This document shows, piece by piece, positions 51,366-64,000 of a stretch of 64,000 bases of DNA. Source of the stretch: Paraspadella gotoi (lineage: Eukaryota; Animalia; Chaetognatha); assembly GCA_051294375.1 (NCBI GenBank), contig CM119269.1, positions 7,682,217-7,746,216 of the forward strand. The letters are read 5' to 3'. The notes under the pieces were generated by a model that searched no databases, had not been told where the DNA came from, and was given only the letters and a program-made list of their open reading frames with translations. How positions within the stretch are numbered: the first letter of the stretch is position 1; the number at the start of each line of letters is the position of its first letter. The position numbers and the translations under genes were made by a program.

Positions 51366-52851
51366 CCTCACTCTTTCTTTCTCAGTCCTCTCTCTCTCCT
51401 CTCCTCTCATGCTATACTCAGACAGCCTCGTATCAGTCGCAGCCTCCGGGCGCAGCCGCGCTGCGGCCGATCGGCTTCTCCCCGCCTTCGCTTTCCTTCG
51501 CTCGGCTCTTCTTACTCTCTCCTCTTCCTTCTCCCTGTCTCCGGAATCCGCGCGACGGCAGAGTCGATTCCGATCGGAGCTGCAGCGGCAAACTTACTCT
51601 CTTCTCTCTCTCTTACCCTCGTCAACCCGCCGAGTCTTTTTCTCTCTGCCTCCGAGCGGATCGATCATGGTCGCCGCGGATCCGGGAGTCTTTTTCTTCA
51701 AGACATTGGTATTTGAGATAGCAGTGGATTTTTATACGGGTATTTCAACAATGAAATTTGGAAACTTAAATAACTATTATTCTTTTTTCCCTCTGATAAA
51801 TATGAAACACTCTTATTTATATATATCTTATCTTCTCCTCAATAACATCGACCTCACTGGGTGAATTTCTATGGTTTTAAATACGGTAAGACACTGATTT
51901 CTTTTTATGACACATCATTCTTATTTACGGTATCCGCCTCCATTAAGATGAAACTAAAAATAATTTTTTCATGCAAGAGCAACTTAGAGATCAAATTGCT
52001 CGTAAAGATCTTGTTGCGTATTTTAGATATACTACTGCTTGGGCAAAAAATGAACGCTATATTATAAAATTTTTTTCTTTTGTTTTTCACTCCTTTTCTT
52101 ATTTTCTTTCTTTCTCGACTTTTTTTCGAAGCTCTCCTCTTTTTCTCTCTTCTCTCTGACATTTTTCTCCTTTCTCCAACGTTCTACCCTCCTATTTTCT
52201 GTGTCATCCTTTCCTTTCTTCCTCTAACCTTTTTCCACTCTACTCTATTAAAAGTAGCAAAAATGATAATTGATTCTTTTGATTAGAAAATGCAGCAGAT
52301 ATTTCCAATTAATCCGTAGTCCAGCCCACTTTGTCTTAGAGCTAAGATTTTTATCATTCTGTTTATTAATATTTTAGCAATACAGTTGGAAAAAAGTTGG
52401 TTTTTTTTTTCTAAATTCCCCGATCAAAATCACTGCCAATAGTATTTGTGATTGTCCATTGCTACTGTAAGAAAGGTTTGTTATTTCCTATGCCTGCAAG
52501 GGTAAATCAAGTGAATAAATTTATTCTTATTGTTAAAGATAGCTGCAATTCATTTTATGGTCAAATTTTCGCGGGCAGTCGTCTCCCGCCTCAATTTTCA
52601 GAGAGATTTTTCCATCGTACGTTAGTTTCGCTTGAAATCTTCACCAAAACTGTTTCGGCTCGAGAGAAACTCTGTATTTAAGGAATAATTTCGTGTTCAA
52701 TAAAGACTCAACATTATTTTTATTCGCGACTTTTTCTCTTGGAAATTACAGTTGATCAAGTTCGTCCTGGTGACAAAACGAACGTTCGTCTCCGGCGGCC
52801 GTGAAGACAAAGAAAACGGAAAGATCTCGCCACATATTGAAGTAAACTTAA

Positions 52852-53772
52852 GGGACCCAGTGAATAAAAATGATATCATAAGCTTACAGGGTCTATCATC
52901 AAAGGAATTTGAATGGTGATAGTCATTACATTTTTCTTGTAACGGGAAAGTGGCAAAAAAATTCCTATCTCTTATTGTAGTTGGAAACAAAAATTTAATA
53001 ATTAATGAAAAAAAAATTTAGTTGACCCTACCTAAATATTTATATACATCGCATTATTTTATTTTTGGCATTAGAAAGTATTTTTTAACTAATTTCAATT
53101 TTTTATTTTTTACTGTAGCAAAGCTATAAATTTTAGGTTTACAGCTTCATTGAAAACAAAGGCTTTACAAGACTAATAATTTTTATATGTTTTTATATTT
53201 ACTAAAAGCAGACAAAATCAAACACTAAATTCTATTCTTACAGAAACAAAACTGTAATAATATTAATTAATAATAATTCATATTCATCCTTAAATGTTAT
53301 AACTTAAACCTATATTGATTCCCTAATTAATAAATCAATTAAAAAATTTAGGCAAAAGTACAGAATCCTTTCCTCATTCTTTTTATATTTATATACTTCA
53401 AAGAGTTTTTTATTTTCATGCCAATAACAAGAATCATTTGAAAAGAAAGTTTTAATAAAATCAGTCGATACCTTAAATTTTGATTCATTCCTAGTTTTTT
53501 TTCTTATAAAATTTTTGTGAAAAAAGCTTGGAAAAATCTTTTTAAAATTAATCTTACCCTTTTTGAAAAAAAAATTTTAACACTTGAAAAAGGATTTTGT
53601 TCTTACCAATTTTTTTAAAGAAAATTAAGCTCGCTGATTTTAAATCGAATTTTTTAACTACTTTCCCAAATGATTATTAAAACGAAAAAATTATATGATC
53701 AGAACCAGCTTAAAGTTAAAGGGTCAAACGTTATGTTTTCAGCTTTTTTACCCCCCTGTTCACCTTGTCCCC
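52852..53772. mobile_element. Possible Kolobok-like non-autonomous DNA transposon
   Basis: TTAA|GGGACCCAGTGAA ... TTCACCTTGTCCCC|TTAA: short imperfect TIRs with TTAA on both sides and an AT-rich interior. Confidence 0.35.
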
Positions 53773-55415
53773 TTAAGGTCGCCAGGATTTTGAAAACATC
53801 TTTCTTGGGTTTAGAGTCAAAACGCGCCTAAAGTTTCACCAAGAAAACTTAGGAATTTAATATAAAACTTTCAGAATTGTCCCAAACGCTTCATCAAAAT
53901 TTCTTTTTTAAAAAACTTGTTTTTTTAATTGTATTTGGCTTTATGAAGCAACAAACTGACTAAAAGCAATGTACAAATTTTTTAAAAGGAAAGTCATTTC
54001 ACCATTTGTACATAAATCCCATTGAATTGTAAGTGATTTACACAGCGAGGCACAGTTTTGTTTTTGCCTTATCTAGTGAGTAATGACTAATTAGTTCTCT
54101 AGCGCCTAATGAGCGCTAGAATCTGTTTCATCCAAAAAACTGGTGAGACTTTGACTTTGTCGACGTTGTTTGTGGAAGAGAAGAGAGAGAGAGAGAGAGA
54201 AACAGAGAGAGAGAGAGAGAGAGAAGAGAGAGAAGAGAGAGAGAAATCGGGCCCGCATCCGCTCGACATTCGACCGGAAACGAAGCCGACCACCATTTGA
54301 GAGAGAGAGAAATCCTCCCTGATCCGAGCGGAAGAAGCCCGGAAGCGAGAAGTAGTCGGTCGGGCAGCCGGCGCCGCTGCTCCGGTGGACGGTGCATCCC
54401 CGGGAGAGCTGAGTTATATGACCCTCTTCTCTCTCTCTCTCTCTCTCTCCTCTTCTCTCTCTCTCTTCTCTCTCTCTCCTCTCATCTCTTCTCTCTCTCT
54501 CTCTCCATCTTCTCTCATCTCTCTCTCATGGCCTCTTTCTGGATAATTCTGATGATGGCAAACGACCCATTTCCACCTCATCGCGTAAACAAGGCGGTAG
54601 ATGGCTCTACTGGGTGATCATAAAGAAGTCGATGACGAAAAACAAATGGCCTTTGAACTGGATCGACATTAAATGACATATTACAAATCTGCTGTCACAA
54701 TCTTCACAGCTTTTGCAATATCACAATTTCACAATTTCACAATTTAATGCCTTCGAAATTCACAATTTGAAAATTTCATACTTCATAATTTTTTTTTTTT
54801 TTACCATTTCCAAATTTTTAATCATCACTGTATTATGGCTCAGGACTGACTGAAAAGTCGACTCCGCATCACATCTCAGACACAAAAGCCTCTCAATCGA
54901 ACCAGTAAAAAAAAACATTTTTTTTTCTATCGGAAAACCGTTTCCATTGGCGACGGATTCGAGAGTTTAAAACAAACGACTCTCTTGAAACCAAGAGAAA
55001 AAGAGAAAAAGTATCAACGTTTTTTCTTTTTCTAAATCGAATTATCTTTGAATTTTGGTGAAAGGCTGAGTTGGGTTTTTGGTAGAAATTTTTCACTTCG
55101 ACTCTTTTGTTTTAGATTTTTACTTAAGAGAAAAAGTAAATAACCAAAGGCCGATCGATGGAGCAGATGAGAGTCAAGTTTTGGTGCCATTGGCGATAGT
55201 TGTGTTGGTCGTCAAAACTGATTAACAATTAGCAAGACGCAAATATACTCTTCACTTTATTGACTAAAACCGAAAGTAGCAACATAATGAGAACTCGTTC
55301 AGAACATTCTCGTTAAAAGCTAACCATTATTGCGAGCGACAAAAACTTAACTCCTATAGGATTAGTCATTTCCTATAGGAGTTAAGTTATTGTTAATGAC
55401 TAATGCCAGAGTTTA

Positions 55416-55492
55416 ATCACCCACAATCACCCACGATCAACCACGATCACCCACGATCACCCACGATCACCCACGATCACCCACGATCACCA
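55416..55492. repeat. 10-bp tandem repeat (CACCCACGAT)n
   Basis: About 7 units are visible. Confidence 0.9.
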
Positions 55493-56082
55493 ACATTCTA
55501 TTCCGCCCTGGACCTCATTTCGATTCTCCCATCAGAGGCGTCCCTCGAGGATCGAGAAAGGAAGAGGGATAACGACTCAGAAGATAAACAGGGTGACTGG
55601 GTGACCTCCTTTTTCTGTCCGGCGTCAAAGTAACGAGGTCGTCACCATGGAAACGGTTAAGGCCACGCCCTTTTTCTCGGCGACCTCTCTCTCCTTCGAG
55701 GCGCCTCTTTTCTTTTGGACTTGACCGTTCAATGTATGGCTTACATATCTTTAAGCTATTTACAGTCTCCCTAATTCTCCCATTTTTCCGTCTTTTCTCC
55801 TTTCTCTCTTTCGCATCTTTTTTTAAAACTTTTCCCCTTCTCTTTTTTCTTTCTCCTCTTCCTATTCTTCTCTCCTAACTCCTCTTTTTCTTCCCCCTTC
55901 TATTTTCCTCTTCCTTCTCTCCTCTCCTTTCCTCCTCCACTCCCTCTCCCCTTCTTTCTCCTCCCCAACGCATTTCTACGTCCCCTCTCATTTCCAACAT
56001 ACCCACACGCACCCAACTTCCCCCCACACGCCGCTCAAAACCTTCTCGGTGTCGCTCGTCCCTACCGTTGGACGTGACGAAC

Positions 56083-56177
56083 CGTTGCCGGAGTCGGCCT
56101 TGGTCGCTCCCGGTTCGTAGCCTCCGCAAGGCATGTCCTCGCAGTTGGGGTTTCCGTAGAGAGATCCCCTCTTCGGC
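56083..56177 (-). CDS. HCN: HCN channel upstream exon (N-terminal cytosolic region)
   Basis: Acceptor TTCCTCTTCTCCCCAAG|G and donor AACG|GTTCGT, 95 nt, phase 2 to 1. Reads (R)PKRGSLYGNPNCEDMPCGGYEPGATKADSGN(G), where SLYGxP..E.MP resembles the SLYGTPKEEPMP segment just upstream of the HCN domain in insect Ih. It splices in frame to both neighbouring exons. This frame is not in the ORF track. Confidence 0.7.
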
Positions 56178-57168
56178 CTTGGGGAGAAGAGGAAAAGGGA
56201 ATGGGGGAGGAGAGGAGGGAGGGGGCGAAGGGAGGTGGGAAGATAGTGAGAGGTGAGGGGGACAGGGGGGAAAAGAGTGATAGAGGATAGTGGGGATAGA
56301 TGGAGTGGGGGAGGTTAGGTCGGGTAGGAGACAGAAGTCGTCGGAATGGATGGAAAAAAGGAGGAGAGGTTTCAGTCGCAACTTAATATTCAGCTCGATG
56401 TTGACAATGCGGATTTCATTGTTTCGTGATTATAACATCGCAGTCATGTGACAATAATAATAATGTAATATATATATATAATATATATATAATAATAATA
56501 ATATAATAATAATAATAATAATGCCGCTGTCGTTGGTTATCATGACTTGATACGAGTTGACCTTTTTTTTTTACTCGCTGTGAGTTTTGCCAGTATATTA
56601 ACCTCAGGTGATAGCTGACTGCTTCGAATTTGGAAAAGGGGTTAAAATTGCGATAAGAAATAAATAGATTTGGGGAACGATCAAATATCCTGATATCCTA
56701 ATTCAAATTCGTTGTTTTTCGAAGCGGAAAGCCTGAGCTCCGAGGAATGGATATTGATCGTTTGTTTGAACAACGAGCCTCATTTCAAATCTAATTTGCA
56801 TATTTTTTTTCTATTTCTAAAAATAGTACTATTGGGAAAATCCCATTCGATCACTCACTCGAGCCACTCGCGCCTCTGAAGTCAATAACCCCACTTATGC
56901 CAGTCAAGCCTTTCGTTACATTAATGGACGGATCAAGAAGTCGTTTATGGTTCAGAAGAGTCAGAAGTTAACTCCCAATTTTCTTAGCTTCATTTTCTTT
57001 ATGTATCCTTGATTCCTTGGCTCCTTTTGGCTCTTTTCCTTTTTCTCTCTTTTCTTTTCTCTATTTTTATTTATTGCTTCTTTCTCTTTCCTTCCTTAAT
57101 CTCTTTTAGCCTCGTGAGTTTCCCTAACAGTAACATCTCTCCTCTCTCTCTCTCTCTCTCTCCCTTAC

Positions 57169-57402
57169 CTTGTGGCAGCGGGGAAAGGTTTCGAGGGAGT
57201 CACCCCCGATTGGCTGAGGTGGTTCCCAATCCTTCCCGATTGGTAGAGGCCCTTGATTTGATTCTGTTGACCCGAGTGTTGCTGAAGTTGCAGATGCTGT
57301 ACTTGATGTTGTTGTTGTTGTTGTTGATTGTGGTGGGTCCCGCACGACCCCAGTTGGTTCCCCGAAAAATCGAATCCCGTGAGAGGCTGATGGAGTTCGG
57401 GG
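57169..57402 (-). CDS. HCN: Probable HCN channel upstream exon, Gln/His-rich
   Basis: Acceptor TCCTCTTTTCACAG|C and donor AG|GTAAGG, 234 nt, phase 2-2. Open frame PELHQPLTGFDFSGNQLGSCGTHHNQQQQQQHQVQ...PFPAAT joins in frame to the 56177-56083 exon. The assignment to HCN rests on strand, order and phase only. Confidence 0.6.
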
Positions 57403-58026
57403 CTGTGAAAAGAGGAAAGAGGGGGGGGGGAAGAGGTGACCAGTGAAAATAATATTACCACTTCACTGATTGGGAAGCTCGGTACTAAAGGAGTTAATTA
57501 ACTAAACTGTGAAAGAGTATTTATTGAAAAGCTTGTAAGAGGGATGGAGTACTCACTCCAATGTCAGAAGGCAAGATAATTTTTATATTGGTTGTACCAA
57601 TTTTATTTATTATACTTATATTTTTTGTGACTTACAGTAGGTAATATGTTTAAACATATATCACCCCTTTGATATTTTTTTCTCAAGTGAATCTAATTTA
57701 ATTATTTCACTATTTATTTATTTTATTATTATTTATTTAATTTAATTTCATTCAAGTTTTAAGTATGACTGATTCAAAACTGAATATAACCTACGTATAC
57801 TACGTAAAATTGCATGTCTAACTTTTTTCAAATGTCAGGATACATACATACGAGGCATAATTCGTTTTAACCGCATTTCCTTAGCGAATAGTACTCATGG
57901 AATTGCTTTTGGAAACTGAGTTTTTTGGTTATGAGCAGAAAGGAGTGAGATTGATTGGGTTTGGTCGCGTCTAAATCGCGAAAGAAAAACAAGGAAGGGT
58001 CGCCGATGAATCGATCCGTAAAATGC

Positions 58027-58083
<57 letters not shown>

Positions 58084-59253
58084 GCCGAAAATCCTTCTTG
58101 GGCTCTATTTTTTTTCATGTTTGGCTTACGTTTTTCTGGTTTTCATTCCCTAAGATTTTCCCCTTTTTTTTCCTCAGATTTTAAAAGATAAGTAAGATAA
58201 TTTTGCTACACGAGTTCCTAGTATTGTCTGGTCTTCAACTGTTTCTGGAAGTTTATATAAAATGTTTATTTTGTTTATAGTTTTCAACAAGTTTGCTTTG
58301 GAAAGGCTAAGAAGGTCTTTCAAGTTGCACTTTCTTCCCAAAAAAGATTTTTGAAAAAAAAAAGAAAACAAAATTCTGAAAAAAAAAGCGCGAAGTTGAC
58401 AGAAAAAAAGTAACTTTTCTTTTCTTGTCTCAAGAGATATTAAGGGAAAAACATGAAAGCGTCTTATCCTCTCTTCTCTTCTCTTCTCTTCACTTCTTTT
58501 CTTTCCTATTTTTGTTTTGCTCCTCGCATCGCGTTCAGGTTTGACTCTCGAAGAAGAAATCCAGTCAGGGGTCTCGCAGGTTTAGTCAGCGCACTTTCCG
58601 AGTTACCAAAGTATCGCAATATTCCACCTTTCCAAACGGTATATTTAATATCAACTCCACGCATTTTTCGTCAATCTTTGTGTAAAAATTGTCAAACTAC
58701 CTACATTAAATCAATACTGGAATTCACGATCCTGCCTTTTGTCTTATTACTGTATTATTTTTCTTATACCCTCTTCGTTGTCATGACTCTGAACTAGAAA
58801 TTCTGGACTGGACAGCGGAGAGTGGACCGCGATCAGGTGTCGAGAGATCTTCACGATCCATTTCTCGGAAATGCTGAATTCGCTTTCCTCTCAAAGGATT
58901 ACGCCTTCAGAAGATTATTAAGCCAAAGGAATGAAAAAAGAGAATTAAGATGAGCAGAAATCGTTATTCTACTTAGCTTCTTCACCGTTATTACTACGAA
59001 TATTATAATTGTTATTATTATTGTCGTCATCCTCGTCAACGTCATTATCATTATCATCATCATGAGATCTTATCATCATCAACATCATCTTCATCATCAT
59101 CATCATCATCATCAGAAGTCGATCCCTGCTTAATCTCACCAGGGGGCGACCGCGGCCAAAGCGGTGATGGCCTTTTGTTTGTTTATTCTCAGGGAATTTG
59201 GAAGCGAGGCACGACGCGGGAGCAAAGATGGCCGTTAGATGGCGCGGGAAAAG

Positions 59254-59378
<125 letters not shown>

Positions 59379-60323
59379 TCGGCTTGCGAAACGATGAAAA
59401 CTTATTCTCAGACTAAATGGGTCGTGCGATGCCATGGAAAAAGGGCCGAATGGATGGATGGATTTAAAGATGGATGTTGAAAGGATCTATGGATGGGCGG
59501 ATGTACGGATTGATGGATGGAGGGATGGAAAACGCTTCCAGATTCTCAAACTCAACTTTCGTCTTCAACGAGTTTTCATTTTTTCGTCAGAGAAGAAGAA
59601 TCCAAACTCCGATTGAAAGGTTGAGTCAGTTGGGCGACAGATAGTATATATAACTATTTATCAGTATAAGTGAATATTAGAGATATATTGGTATGATATT
59701 ATTGTCATTTTCTAGTCCTTTTGTTGAAAGGAAAATTCTTGAATTTGCCTTCGCCATTCATTGACGGCGAAATATATTCAAGGGCGCTCTCTCTCTCTCT
59801 CTCTCCGCATCATTCTCTCTCTCCTACTCTCTCTCTTTTCCTCTCTCTCTTCTCTTCTATCTCTCTCTCTTCTGGTCGATCATCTCTCATCTCTCCTCTC
59901 TTTTTCTCTCTCTCTTGATTTTTTACCCATCTCATCTTATCGTCTCTCTCAGCACACACATTTTCGTGGATTGACGAAGTCGAGCGCTCAGAGTAGCCAA
60001 AAAATCGAGTTTAGATCATTACGGTGTTGAACTGATTCGTGTCTTCTCCTCTCCACCTCCTATCATCTTCTCCTCTCTCTCCTCTCTCTCACTCTCATCT
60101 CTCTCTCTCCTCTTCTCTCTATCTCTCTTCTTCTCTCTCTCTACTCTCTCTCCTCTCTCTCTCTCTCTTCTCACATCCCTCATCCGTACTCTCTCTTGTA
60201 CTCTATGTTACAACATAGTTCTGCCTGTATTCTTACTTACCTTCTATTGCATCCTCTCTTTGTAGTCAAAAAGTTCCTTCTACTCCCTCTCCCCAGTGTC
60301 TCGTCCTCTCTTCTCTCATCTCT

Positions 60324-60356
<33 letters not shown>

Positions 60357-60865
60357 ACTCTAGCTCTTCCTACTCATCTACTCTCTACACTCTCTCTCTC
60401 TACCCATTCGCTCTCTCTCGTTCCCGCGAAATATAAATTTCAACTCACCATCGTGACGTCAGAGTTGGTGAAGCGGAAGGAAATTCGAGACTTCACCCAA
60501 AAGGGTGATTCGTTCGAGCTGGGGCAATTTCATGATGGGCTCTTGTGGGGCGATATGTTGATTGGTGTGGGGAAATGAGTAGGGAGAAGTCACGACGATC
60601 AGTGGTCGTAAGGGAAAAGATTACTCGAATACTGAATATCCAAGTGATGGAGACATTGATTGGTCAGTAATGGAGACAGTGATGGAGACAGTGAACCAAA
60701 ATGACAACGTGATTGAATCCCAAATTAAAATATATTTTCTGTTTCCCGCGATTTATGTCATCGAATGATGAAAAAAAATTAATATTTTAGTCCCCGATTC
60801 TCGTCAAAAATTCAGACGTTAACGAGTTTCGGACGAATACGAATGAGATTTAATTGTTTTTATGG

Positions 60866-61175
60866 CGACGATGACGACGACGATGAGGATAACGACGACG
60901 ACGACTATGACGTCAACTATGACGATAACGATAACGACGACGACGACGACGACTATGAAAATAACGACGACTATGACGACTGTGAAGACAACGACGATGA
61001 TGACGACTGTGAAAATAACGACGATGACGACGACGACGACGATAACAACGATGACGACGACTATCACGATGACGACGACTGGGAAGATAACGACGATGAC
61101 GACGACTATGACGATGACGACAATGGCGACGACTGTGAAGATAACGACGACGACTATGACGATGACAATTACGAC
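60866..61175. repeat. Degenerate (GAC/GAT/AAC)n trinucleotide tract
   Basis: Direct inspection. All reading frames give low-complexity poly-D, poly-T or poly-V peptides. Confidence 0.85.
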
Positions 61176-61228
61176 GTTGGCGGTGACGTACGTGATGAAA
61201 CTTCGAACAAATTAAATGGAAGAAGTCC

Positions 61229-61349
<121 letters not shown>

Positions 61350-62149
61350 ATTTCGCCGGTGCCATGTGACGCCATGATTGATTCGCCACAAAAGGAGAGA
61401 ATCACTTTTTCTTCTTTTCTTATTCAAAGAGAAAAACAGAAGGAAAAAAATTTTCTCTCGTTGGTTAAAGAGAAACTAGAGAGTTTTACCTCAAATGTTC
61501 GTACGTATAAATGAATATTAAAAAATGCATGTTTAAAAAGTAAACTGAATAATTTTAGTGTTGGACTTAAAACTTAGTATCTTTCATTCATTCTCATTTC
61601 TAAAGAAACCTCTCAAGCATTAATGCTTTTTCGTACTTATACTTTTGAAGCTTTTTACAACCGTAAATACTTAATTTTAACAGATTACATCAATTACAAT
61701 TACATAGTACACTAAATGGTAACATTCAATTATCAGTATTTAGTCATTCGGGGCAAATGTCGAGATACGAAAAAAGTAGTAGTAGTAGAAGTAGTAGTTA
61801 TGTATGTTTGTTAAGATTCTTTTTTTTTTTAATTTCAGAGAAAAGATTAAAATTACTTTTAATTTACTAATGACATTAACGTATTATATATACTTTCATT
61901 CGTCGATCTCAGGTCCTCACTTTCCATTTCAAGTCTTTTTTTTTCTTTTCGTTTTTCTGTTTCCTGACTCCATCTCTATCTCACTTTTGTTTCTGTCTCC
62001 AGACTCGCGTCTCTATCTCACTCTCGTTTCTTTTTTCCCTTCCATCCAATTTATTCTGTTTTCTTTCTTCAAAATTCTTTACCGCGTTTTCTTTTTTGTT
62101 TTCTTTTTTTTCAGCGGCTCTCGTCTCATTTATTTTGTCTCAGGTCTTT

Positions 62150-62835
62150 TTTATTTTATTTTCTTTTCTTTCTTTTTTTTTCTTTTCCTTTTTTATCTTT
62201 TTTTCTCCTTTTTCTTTTCCTCCTTCTTCCTTCCTCATTTTTTCTTTTTTCCTCCTTTTTTCTTTTTCCCTCCTTTTTTTTCTTCTTCTTCTAACTTCCT
62301 TCTTTTTTCTTTTCCTCCTTTTTTCTTTTCTTCTAACTCCTTCTTTTTTCTTTTCTCTCCTTTTTTCTTTTCTTCTAACTTCCTTCTTTTTCTTTTCCTC
62401 CACTTTTTTCTTTCTTTCTAACTTCCTCCTCTATTTTTCCTTTTTCTCTCTCCTTTTTTTTATTTTATTCTTAACTTTCCTCCTTTTTTTTCCCTCCTTT
62501 TTTCTTTTCTTCTAACTTCCTCCTTTTTTATTTTATTCTTACTTCCTCATTTTTTCTTTTTTCCTCCTTTTTTATTTTTCCCTCCTTTTTTATTTTATTC
62601 TTACTTCCTCCTTTTTTCTTTTTCCCTCCTTTTTTCTTTTTTCCTCCTTTTTTCTTTTCTTCTTCCTTCCTCATTTTTTCCCTCCTTTTTTATTTTCTTC
62701 TAACTTCCTCCTTTTTTCTTTTCTTCTTCCTTCCTCATTTTTTCTTTTTTCCTCCTTTTTTCTTTTTTCCTACTTTTTTCTTTTCTTTTTCCTTCCTTCT
62801 TTTTTCTCTTTTCCTCCTTTTTTCTTTTCTTCCTT
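62150..62835. repeat. Low-complexity T/C-rich tandem tract (TTCCTCCTTTTTTC.. units)
   Basis: Direct inspection. Confidence 0.85.
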
Positions 62836-64000
62836 CCTCCGTCTCCCACGATCTTCTTCTCTGTTTTTTCGTCTCCCGCCTTCGTTCAGTTTTCCTATTA
62901 TCGTTTGCGCTTAGCTTCATACACTATTCATACAGTATCCATACATTTTTCGCTTTTTTCTTCATGCAATATTCATGCAGTATCCGACACTGCATTCGCA
63001 AAACGCCCATAAAACTGTGGGGGGGGGGGGAAGGAAAAACTGTTTTTCGTATTTTCCTTAATCTACGAGGTCGAAGCGAAGAGAAAAGGGAAATAGTGAC
63101 GGAGATTCGAATATGTGTTGCGCCGCAGTACTTGCGAGTACTCTACAAGTCACTTTTCGGTCGGTCTGTCGATCGGTCGGTCGGTCGGTATGTCTGTCCA
63201 TCGGTTGGTTGGTTCCTCATTTGTTAAGACAAAAAAAAAACCTCAAATCTAAGGGACTGCTAGCGCCATCTTCAGTAACTCCTAAAACTAATTTTTATGC
63301 AGTGCATGTCATAAATACACGGACAAAAAATTTATTAGTCATGTCATGTCATGTCATGAATTAACAAGAAAAAAAACAACAAGTTTGAGAAGAGAGAAAT
63401 TGAGAGAGAGAGAGAGGGAGAGAGAGAAACACAAAGAGAAAGGTCAGTATGAGGTCAAAATCAAAGCGAAAAAATGAAATCAGAAGGTGAAAATTGACTA
63501 CTACTACTAATCAAAGAAAGAACCCAGCAAGGGTTGTCCCCCCCCATTCCTCTACTTTGTCGTGTCAATGGTGTGACAGGATTTACTTTCGGGGAGTGGT
63601 GAACCAAGGGCTTTATTTTTAAAAAAATAATTTTGTCCTTTACTTCCAATACACCTTATCCGTCTTTCTTTGTTAAGCATCCAACCAATTCNNNNNNNNN
63701 NGCGACTCGGGACGAAGTAAAGGGCGATAAAAAAACGTGATGGGGAAAGAGAGAAAGGAGATATAAAGACAGACGAAAGAGAGGTAAAAAGGAAAGAAGA
63801 GAGAGAAGAATGGAAAAATAGAAAGGAGAGAAGGAAATAGGAGAGAGAGGAAAAGTTGAAAATAGTCGCGAGGCCTAAGGCTAAGGCGATTTACCAAAAA
63901 AAATATTTGATATAAAAATAAAGTGGAAAAGAGATTGTACGTAATTTGTACATATAGAAATAATGAGTAAATACTAAATAAAATCGTTAAGAGTTAAAAA

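Noticed and set aside
55875-56381. 168-aa ORF (..AEEGISLRKPQLRG..)
   Set aside because: A different frame of the same exon gives the HCN-like SLYGNP motif and fits the splice phases.

Overview
Animal (eukaryotic) genomic DNA, AT-rich and dense in (GA)n/(CT)n microsatellites, with several N-gaps and long stretches that look like uncorrected long-read fill (indel-rich, locally duplicated). No prokaryotic features or CRISPR arrays. Three phase-compatible minus-strand exons (57402-57169, 56177-56083, 33020-32819) encode the N-terminal part of an invertebrate-type HCN (Ih) channel, and the rest of that gene is not visible. On the plus strand, probably inside the next HCN intron, lie two adjacent intronless genes: a TRC8/RNF139-RNF145-like multi-pass membrane RING-H2 E3 ligase (16225-17946) and a membrane-anchored HxxxDG CoA-dependent acyltransferase (18984-20783). 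Mobile DNA includes a 4-kb foldback element with ~1-kb TIRs whose empty site is also in the window, a 711-bp TRIM-like mini LTR element with PBS and PPT, an internally deleted Tc1, DINE-1/Helentron-like elements, tRNA-derived Pol III/SINE-like heads, and several mini/satellite arrays. A garbled spliced plus-strand gene may lie at 38-41.4 kb. All family assignments come from motif recognition by eye; no searches were run.
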